A stretch of DNA of 64,000 bases from Octopus vulgaris (lineage: Eukaryota), in contig OX597839.1 in assembly GCA_951406725.2 (NCBI GenBank), positions 29,512,001-29,576,000 of the forward strand, read 5' to 3'. A program made the translations under genes and the position numbers. Below are positions 54,009 to 64,000 of the stretch, in pieces; positions within the stretch are counted from its first letter, which is position 1, and every line of letters begins with the position of its first letter. The notes beneath the pieces were generated by a model. The model did no database searches. It had not been told where the DNA came from and was given only the letters and a program-made list of their open reading frames with translations.

Positions 54009-54191
54009 AGACATAATTAGTATTTTGTTTCGTGTATACAATGTAACTTTAGCCATCATTCTATATTAATACATAATCACATTAGAAATGGATATATTTT
54101 TATATACACTGAGCTCTCTGTTGAAATGCTTTATACCAGAAAATATTTTCGTTATACTTTGTTTCTATATCCGCATACCTTTCTATCTTTC

Positions 54192-54223
<32 letters not shown>

Positions 54224-54539
54224 CATGAATACACACATTCATATCCACCCTCGACGCACAACATACAATAATGCAATTTAAATGGGATGTTCTGTGATGT
54301 TCTTAATGCTAAGTGACATAAAGAACAATTCTCTATTTGGAAACACACCTATATTCACGCACAACAACTTCCACATAGCCACGCGCAGGTGTGTTTCTAT
54401 GTATGTGTGTGTGTGTGTGTGTGTGTTATGCATACATACATTAACACTTATATATATATGCATACATATGCACATGTACTTATACATATTCATATACATA
54501 TAAGTATATATATATGTGCATACATACATACATACTTAC

Positions 54540-54582
<43 letters not shown>

Positions 54583-54584
54583 CA

Positions 54585-54618
<34 letters not shown>

Positions 54619-54764
54619 CATACATACATACCTACATACATACATACATACATACATATATACATACATATATACATACATACATACATACGCACATACA
54701 TATTTTACAATACTCTATATAAGTCTATAATTCCAAATATATCGATAAAAGGTTAAGGAAGTGG

Positions 54765-54796
<32 letters not shown>

Positions 54797-55285
54797 TTAT
54801 TCAAATACAAACAGACCCACCTTCACACTCACACGTATTTAGGTGAATGCGTTTGGGTGTATATACAATACAAAGCGTATATTTGTGTGTGTGTTTTTAG
54901 GCATGTCCTACACGCACGCACGCACGTGGCTGAGTGTAGAGAGGCGGAATCTAAGGTAACCTCCACCCACATTATCTCCATAGTGTAATTAATCCGATCT
55001 CTTTAACCTTTATCGATGTACTTGATCACTTGATCGTCGCCAACCCATTCTATTATTATCAACAGAGAGGCCGTTGTTTTATTAACGATGATATAAATAT
55101 AAAATGTATTGTGACGATGAAAGATGATGGCGGTAGCGGAGGCGGCTGCAGTAGTGGTGGTGGTGGTGGTGGTGGTGGTGGTGGTGGTGGTGGTGGTGGT
55201 GGTGATAGTTATGATGATGATGGCGATGGGGTGGATTTCTAACATGTACAATAATAACGATAACATTATTATTATTGTTATTATT

Positions 55286-55344
<59 letters not shown>

Positions 55345-55376
55345 TATTATCATCATCATTATTTTCATTATCATCA

Positions 55377-55459
<83 letters not shown>

Positions 55460-55461
<2 letters not shown>

Positions 55462-55674
55462 GGCGGCGAGCTGGCAGAAACGTTAAGCACGCCGGGCGAA
55501 ATGCTTAGCGGTATTTCCTCTGCCGACACGTTCTGAGTTCAAATTTCGCCGAGGTCGACCTTGCCTTTCATCCTTTCGGGATCGATGAAATAAGTACCTG
55601 TTACACACTGGGTTCGGTGTAATTGACTTACCCACTCCCCCAAAATTTGAGGCCTTGTGCCTATAATAGAAAGG

Positions 55675-55675
<1 letters not shown>
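55460..55675 (+). mobile_element. Nin/Deu-like SINE, full length, embedded in (TTA)n
   Basis: AAGGCGGCGAGCTGGCAGAAACG...GCCTTTCATCCTTTCGGGATCGAT...TAATAGAAAGG, with (ATT)n on both sides. Confidence 0.92.
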
Positions 55676-55728
<53 letters not shown>

Positions 55729-55743
55729 GTTATTATTATTATG

Positions 55744-56494
<751 letters not shown>

Positions 56495-56519
56495 TATTAT
56501 TATTATTATTATTATTATT

Positions 56520-56551
<32 letters not shown>

Positions 56552-56572
56552 TATTATTATTATTATTATTAC

Positions 56573-56628
<56 letters not shown>

Positions 56629-56631
<3 letters not shown>

Positions 56632-57113
56632 GAAACTCACAACTTATTTTGCTGTGTATGATGGAAAGGTCAGCTGTCCACAGCCAGCAGACTAAGGTGA
56701 CACTTGTTTACTGGTCATGCTTCAAGAACCCTGAGAACAATTCTTGCAGTTCCAAGCAATGCTGATTTTTGTAGGTGTTCTACCTTCGCACTTGCACCAA
56801 TCTTTTTCAGCCATGCTGGTAGTTGAGAGCTGATACTTCCAACTGCACTAATTACTAATGGTATCACGTCTACTCTCTTCATTGACCACAACCTTCGTAT
56901 CTGCACTTCAAATCGTCATAGCTGTTTATTTTTTTCTTGATCTTTCACACTGATCCTGTTGTCACCGGAGCGTGCTATGTCGATTATCATACATGATCTT
57001 TCTTTTTTATTCACCATAACAATGTCCGGTTTCCGATGTCTGGTCAGGTGAACGCACGGGATCATTGCATCCCACTGGATTTTGCAATTCTCATTTTCAG
57101 TGATTCCTTTCAC
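56629..57113 (-). mobile_element. R4/Dong-like non-LTR retrotransposon 3' end, copy B
   Basis: KIQWD...RKPDIVMV...IIDIA...LQKSALLGTARIVLRVLEA*, short 3' UTR, then (TAA)n. Confidence 0.88.
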
Positions 57114-59867
57114 TGAACGACCGAGCGCAGCTCTGTGTTCCTTACGTATGTGTTGTGGTTTGTTGTGATGCTCTCATTTTCACAGTATTGAAAGTGTTTT
57201 ACGTAGGATGTGTGCAATACCTAGTAGTGCTATTTTCTGCATGTTATATATACTTGTAAGTCCTGGTGTCTTGGTTACATATTTGTCTGAATATTTTTCT
57301 TATTATACCTAATGCACCTACTATAACAGGAATTGTTTCTGTTTTTAGGCTCCACATTTGAGTTACCTCTATTTCCAGGTCTTTGTACTTTGAAAGTTTC
57401 TCTGTTTCTTTTACAGAAACGTTGTAATCTGTTGGTAATGAATGATACATCGATTAGAAAGCATTTTTTTCTTTCTGATCCCTGACAGCTATATCCGGCA
57501 TATTGGCCTTAATTTCTCTATTTGTGTGTATTGGCATATCCCAGAGTATGATTGCTTTCTTATTTTCTGTGACCTTTTCTGGGGTGTACCTATACTATCT
57601 TTTTTCTGTTGTTATTCCATAGTGTTGGCATCGCTTCCAGTGTATGTAGGTCCTAACTCTGTCGTGTCTGTGAATAAATTCCTTCTTAGCCAGGACTGGG
57701 CAGCCAGAGATAATATGATTTAGGGTTTCTTCTCCATCTCCACATATTCTGCAGTTATTTGTTGCATTTCTTTTCATTACATATTTTTGGTGGGAAGGCT
57801 TTGATCGAGTTTACCTTTCATCGATGTAATTGACTGGTCCCCTCCCCAGAACTGTCAAGTGGGGAGGCTTTGGTCTTGTGCTGCAATTAAAAATCCTTCA
57901 GTCTCTGCTTTGAGTCCTGAACTCCTCAGCCATTGTTGGGATTTTGCTTTGTCTATTTCTTTTCTCTTTAGCTAAACCCAATATTTGCCATGAAGGGGCT
58001 TTTGTTGCCATCGTTTTATCATAATCCGTTGCTTTTCAAGTTTTAGTTTGGATTTCAGTTGTTTTACAGCTTCTGTTGTTCCTTCTTTTTCTTCATGGTT
58101 GTTATGTATTATGACTTTTTTTTGGGGGGAGGGGGGTATTTGTCAGCTTCCTTGAAGACAGAAAACAGTTTTTTGTTTTGTTCGTGTTTTGTAGCTATTT
58201 GTATTAGTTACCCTTGCTTCTGAAGTAGGTATTTCTGTAATCCTATGGTGGTTATTCTGTAATAGTATAAGGCCTCTACTACCTTCGATATGTTGTTTAT
58301 ATAACCTTTCTGTGTCAAATTTTGGGTGGTGCATCCTAAATCCTGTCACTATTTTTCTTGTTTTCCTGTCTATTTTGATTTATTCCTTTAGAGTCCATTT
58401 AAGAATATTGTAGAGTAGCTTATAACCGGGATGGCTAAAGTGTTGATACCTATTATCTTGTTTTTCGCATTGAGCTCTATTTTCAGTATTAATCTAACTC
58501 CTCTATAGTATTCCTTTCTTATCTTATCTTTCATTTGTGTGTGTTGTATTGTATCTTGTTCATTGATTCCTAAATATCTGTATGTTTGGCTTTATTCTAA
58601 TTCTCTTACTTCATTTGCTTTATCTAGTTGTTGCTCTTAACTAGTTTTCCTTTTTTCGAGGTTGCTTTGGCACATTTGTCTAAGCCAAATTTCATTTCTT
58701 TGGTTTATTTCTTTGGTAAATCCATGTACTCTCTGTAGTAGTGTTTTCAGCTGTTTATCATTTGCAGCATACAGTTTTCGATCATCTATATACAAGAGAT
58801 GGTTGATTGTTTTGCCGTAACAGTTGTATCCACATCCATTTCTGTAAAGGTGCCAGTGCCAAGCAGAAAAGTAGTGGAGAGAGCGTGCCCTCTTGGAATA
58901 TTCCTCTTCTAATGGAGCTGGCTCTGGTTTTTATGAGTCTCGCTTTTGTCTGGAGCTGTATCACTGTCTTCTATTTCTTTATGGAATGTTTTAGACATTT
59001 TATGATTATTGATGCTACCTTGTTCATGGCTAGTGTTCCTAGGATCCATGGGTGGGGAATACTATCAAAAGCCTTTCGAAAGTCGATCCAGGCCATACTT
59101 AGACCCTTCTTCTTTCTGTGGCAGTCTTCAGTTACGGCTTTATTGATCAGTAGGTGATCTTTACAACCGTATGAGCCCTTGTAGTACCCATTCTGCTCTT
59201 CTGGAAACAGGTTGTTTTCTTCCAGATGTTTGCCCTTTCTCTGCGATATTATTGCAGTAAAGACTTTATAAATTGTAAGGAGACAAGTTATCGGCCTATA
59301 ATTTTGTGGGTTAGCCGTTTCAGTGGATATGGGAATGAGGATAGTTTTCCTTTCCGTAAGCCATCCAGGCATTGTCTCTGGCTCTGCGAGTATTTCATTA
59401 AATTTCTCAACCAGCGTTTCATGTATCCCTGTTAGACATTTTAACCAGAAGTTGGGGGTTCTGTGCCCGGGTGGCTTCCAGTTGCTTAGTTTTTGAAGTG
59501 CCTCGGTGACCTCTCCAGTTGTTATAGGAGTCCAGAGTTGTTCAGGTGATGTGTCTGTTGTTTTGATAGATCTTTTCAGAGGTTGTTGCTTCGCCAACCA
59601 TATTTCTTTCCAAAATTCTTCCACTTCTGCTGTTGGTGCTGCATTGATCTCTATTTTATTTTTGCCAAGTTCTTGGTAGAAACTTTTGGGGGATGGAGTT
59701 GAATTGTTTGTTTTGTGCAAAGAAACGATGGCGTTTCGCATCCCAATGGATTCTTTGTGCTTTGGCGAGGATATCTTGCTTTAGCTGTTCTTTTACCTCA
59801 GATGTACCTTGTTCTGTAATTTTGTATTTACGTAGTATTTTTCTTCTCTTGTTGTTGCTCAGTAGTG

Positions 59868-59870
<3 letters not shown>
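57114..59870 (-). mobile_element. R4/Dong-like non-LTR retrotransposon, copy C (RT + CCHC + REL), 5'-truncated and decayed
   Basis: ORF 58971..59741 has NYRPITCL, EQNG..KGSYGCKDHLLI and AWIDFRKAFDSIPH. Further 3' are GIFQEGTLSPLLFCLAL, HLLYIDD, CRICGDGEETLNHIISGC, EKLSKYKDLEIE and QKIALLGIAHILRK. Many frameshifts. Confidence 0.93.
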
Positions 59871-59944
<74 letters not shown>

Positions 59945-59945
<1 letters not shown>

Positions 59946-60480
59946 CTTCTCTACAATAGGCACAAAATCTGAAATTAGTGGGGAGGGGTGAGTCGATCAT
60001 ATAGACCCCAGTACCTGACTGATACTTATTTTATCGACCCCGGTAGGATGAAAGGCAAAGTCGACTTCGTAGAATTTCAATGCAGAACGTAAAGACGAAG
60101 GAAACGCCGCAAAGTATTTTGTCCGGTATGCTCATCGTTTGTTTTGACTTTCGACGCAAGACCAACAGTTTTTAGGGTCAGGGTAAGTCGATACAACCAG
60201 CTTTAGTGGTAATTTATTTAATAGTGCTTTAACTGGTACATTATTTTATGAACTCCCGAGGGATAAAAGGCGAAGTTGACCGGGGTGTGTTTCTAACGTT
60301 CGTACAAGGCCTGAAATTTTGGGGGTCCGGTCCTGTGGATTATATAGGCCTTTGTAGTTGACTGGTGCTCTGTTTTATTAACTCCCCAAGTCAAATTTAG
60401 TTTCGGGGACATTTGAACTCAGAACGCAGGGAACTGGAAGAAATGCCGCAAATATTTCGTCCGATGCTCAAACTATTGCA
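59945..60480 (-). mobile_element. Cluster of three degenerate Nin/Deu-like SINE copies
   Basis: Repeated ACTG(G/A)TAC...TTTTAT..ACCCC...AAAGGC.AAGT.GAC modules at about 59945-60135, 60150-60285 and 60293-60480. Confidence 0.75.
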
Positions 60481-60854
60481 CTAAATGAAAAAGATTTCTA
60501 ATATTTGCCAGACGGGCGTAAAATATAGAAGGTGACGTTACAAAGACAGGTGATATAGATTGCGGAGGTTTAGACGGATATGTGTGTGTATATGTGAGAA
60601 TTTGTGTGTGTAAGTGTGTTTGTGTGTGTGTGAGTGTAAACGTAAAAATTCAAGAGGAAGGAGAAATAATTTCGCCAATCTGGATTTCAGCTTCACGGAA
60701 TTCTACATTAAACTGGTATTCAACGGGTACCTATTTCGTTGACCCGGAAAGGTTGAAAGTCCTCTTGAAAGATGACCTCAGCGATATTTCAACGCAGTAC
60801 GTAATGGCGAGCGAAAAGGCTCCAAGCATTTTGACCGGGGCGCTAAAGATTCTT

Positions 60855-61086
60855 ATTTCTTTATTGACCACAAGGGGCTAAACAAAGAGGGGACAAACAA
60901 GGACAGACAAACGGATTAAGTCGATTACATCGACCCCAGTGCGTAACTGGTACTTAATTTATCGACCCCGAAAGGATGAAAGGCAAAGTCGACCTCGGCA
61001 GAATTTGAACTCAGAACGCCAAGACAGACGAAATACGGCTACGCATTTCGCCCGGCGTTCTAACGATTCTGCCAGCTCGCCGCCTT
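60855..61086 (-). mobile_element. Nin/Deu-like SINE, full length, same 3' tail subtype as 370-603
   Basis: Reverse complement is colinear with 370-603, including the tail TAATCCGTTTGTCTGTCC...TTTAGCCCCTTGTGG; a more decayed copy precedes it at about 60700-60850. Confidence 0.92.
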
Positions 61087-61279
61087 CACAACCGATGATA
61101 TCAGTCCCAGAACAGGAAGAGCCTTGATTTTTATCGCGGTTGCACGGAGTTCTTCAGAACGTGGGCAGAAGATGAGGGGGGGGTTACATTACAAGGACAA
61201 AAGCAATGTAGTCGAGATTTTGCTTCTTTTACAATGCTTGGGGGGGGGGGGGACAATGTTTATGCTTATCGTTGCGGTT

Positions 61280-61283
61280 ATTG

Positions 61284-61315
<32 letters not shown>

Positions 61316-62115
61316 GTCATCACTATCGTCTTCGTCATCACCATCATCATCATCACTATCGTCATCGTCATCGTCATCATCATCATCATCATCATCATTA
61401 CCACCATCACCAAGCCCACCACTATCATCATCAGAAGGCAAAGCTGCAACAGTGTCGTCGTTATTGTCGACATCATAAACATCGTCATCATCGTAATCAT
61501 CATCGTCGTCGTCGACGTCGTTGTCACCGTCATCATCATCATCATCATCATCATCACCATCACCACCATCATTATCCACATTATTCTCCCACTACTACGA
61601 CTCCTCCTATTCCTCCCCCTCCTCATCCTCCTCCTCCACCACATCATCATCCGAATCATTATCAACACAGCCACCACCACCACCACCACCACCACCACCA
61701 CCACCACCACCACCACCACCCACCACCACCACCACCACCACCACCACCAGCACCAGCACCACCAGCACCACCAGCACCACCATCACAGCCACCACCACCA
61801 TACACCATGCTCCATCATCTGCTGTGCTATCCCCCACCTGCTGGGCGCGCATTTATTGCTGGATGCACTCCCAGCTATTGCAGTCGCTGCCGTTTCGAGC
61901 TTTTGATGTTGTAATAAAAATTGAGAAGAAAAAAGAAGATTAAAAAAAAACAACAAATGCAACAACGTTTGTCAGACAACTGCAGGAGTGGTGGCGGTGG
62001 TGGTGGTGGTGGTGGTGGTGGTGGTGGTGGCGGTGGTGGTGGTGGTGGTGGTGGTGGTGGTGGCGGTGGTGGTGGTGGTGGCGGCGGCGGCTGTGGAGGT
62101 GGTGGTGGTGTGGGT
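61280..62115. repeat. (CAT)n/(CCA)n then (GGT)n trinucleotide tracts around a unique island
   Basis: Direct reading. Confidence 0.92.
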
Positions 62116-62292
62116 GCTTGTTGTTGTAGTAGTGGTAATAATAATAATCAAATTCGTAGTTGGCATGGCGACACTTCTATGACGTCAGGGCATTTTCTTC
62201 GCTGAAGCATTATATATATATATATATATATATATACATGTGTGTGTGTGAATATGTGCGTGTGTGTATATATATATGTATGACTGTATGCC

Positions 62293-62331
<39 letters not shown>

Positions 62332-62623
62332 GATATAGTTATACATACACATACATGTATTTATGTGTATGTACACGCGTAATAAAACGGACATACATGC
62401 ATACTTAATGTATGCACATGCATAACCACGCACTATTCATGTATGCCATCTAAATGCAATATGCGTACATGTACGCCTATGTGTATATGTCCGTGTATTG
62501 TAAATATGTATGTGTATATATATATATATATATTTGTATGTACGCACGCACGTACACACACTCACATATATATATATATATGTATACACATATATGCATA
62601 TGCATAAGTATACACACAAACAC

Positions 62624-62670
<47 letters not shown>

Positions 62671-63261
62671 TGTATATATATATATACATATACATATACA
62701 TATATATGAACTTGTAACTGTACAAGTAATCTGTATACACACATTTAGTTCAGTTATAGAAATATATTTTTAAATAAAACTACTACTACTACTGCTACTA
62801 CTACTATTTCGATAAGGGCAACAGGAACAACAACAGTTAGAAGACGACTATCAACAGATGTACATGCACGCGCGCACGCGCACACACAGAAGTCTTTCCG
62901 GATTATGCGTAAGCGAAGCGCGTAACTCCTCGTGTGTCGGACACGTGATCTGACAAAGTTGTCTCTCATTCTTTACACTCTGCATTTGTCAGTCTTCCAT
63001 TTAGTGTGTGTGTGTGTGTGTGTCTGTGTGTGTGTGTGTGTGTGTGTATTTGAGCATGTGTGTGGTGTGTGTAAGGGGGAGGAAGGACTGTGTGGCTATA
63101 AGTGTATGACCGTACTTGTGTGTATAAGTACATGTGTGTGTGTGTGTGAATGCATCTGTTTATGCATGTGTCTGTCTGTATGTCTGTATGTATATATGCA
63201 TTTCTGTGAGAGTGTAAATATGTATTAATATCTGTCTGTCTGTCTATCATTTTTGACTATA

Positions 63262-63310
<49 letters not shown>

Positions 63311-63475
63311 ACATACACACATACACACATATTTATACATACACACATACACACATACATACATGCATACATACGTACAAACATGTACGCATGCGTGCAT
63401 GCATGCATGTATGTATGTATGTGTGCATGTATGCCTGTGTGTATAGAGGGATAGGTGGATGTGTATCTTTTTTGT

Positions 63476-63583
63476 TTTATCTTTTACTTGTTTCAGTCAT
63501 TAGACTGCGGCCATGCTGGGGCACTGCCTTCAAAAGTTTTAGCCGAACGAATCAAACCTGGAATTTATTCTATCAGTTTCGGC

Positions 63584-63616
<33 letters not shown>

Positions 63617-63629
63617 CACACACATATAT

Positions 63630-63685
<56 letters not shown>

Positions 63686-63824
63686 CTTCTTTCAGTTTCT
63701 GCCTACCAAATCCACACACAAGGCTATAGTAGAAGATACTTGCCTAAGGTGCTCAGCAGTGGGACTGAACCCGGAACCATGTGCTTGGGAAGCAAGCTTT
63801 TTACCACACAATCACGCCTGCGCC
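63476..63824 (-). mobile_element. OR-type (CORE-like) SINE with internal (CA)n/(TA)n
   Basis: Head GGCGCAGGCGTGATTGTGTGGTAA...GGTTCCGGGTTCAGTCCCACTG on the minus strand; tail at 63476-63580. Confidence 0.85.
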
Positions 63825-63826
63825 AC

Positions 63827-63921
<95 letters not shown>

Positions 63922-63924
63922 ATT

Positions 63925-64000
63925 TGTGTGTGTGTTTGTCCCCCCAACATCGCTTGACAACTGATGCTGGTGTGTTTACGCCCCCGTAACTTAGCTGTTC
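63925..64000 (+). mobile_element. OR-type SINE 3' half, cut by the window end
   Basis: GTGTTTGTCCCCCCAACATCGCTTGACAACTGATGCTGGTGTGTTTACG..CGTAACTTAGC. Confidence 0.8.

Noticed and set aside
61124-61943. His/Pro-rich and Asp-rich ORFs resembling low-complexity transcription-factor regions
   Set aside because: Several frames on both strands are open because of (CAT)n/(CCA)n repeats; no domain or splice evidence.

Overview
Eukaryotic, AT-rich, microsatellite-saturated, non-coding window. The SINE repertoire and the extreme load of (TA)n/(TATG)n/(CA)n/(ATT)n/(CCA)n repeats point to a coleoid cephalopod, most likely Octopus; this is an inference from family recognition, not a search. I see no supportable host protein-coding exon, tRNA or rRNA, and almost all ORFs in the track are translated microsatellites. 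The real content is mobile DNA. SINEs: at least three tRNA-derived families (Nin/Deu-domain-like, CORE-like OR-type, and a modular Meta/V-like group). Non-LTR retrotransposons: decayed Tx1/L1 zf-RVT ends, RTE and CR1 pieces, and a same-orientation stack of three divergent R4/Dong-like elements in (TAA)n tracts. DNA elements: a near-complete dead mariner with TIRs and TA duplication, mariner-derived MITEs, hAT ends, and Helentron-associated (HINE)-like and Penelope-like ends. Most notable are a chimeric SINE showing module swapping, nested insertions with readable target-site duplications, several near-perfect fold-back palindromes, an imperfect HDV-like ribozyme candidate in an RTE 5' region, and short unique islands with enhancer-like motif clusters (a K50-homeodomain site cluster and a CTCF-like site). 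I found no clear evidence of a new biological system.
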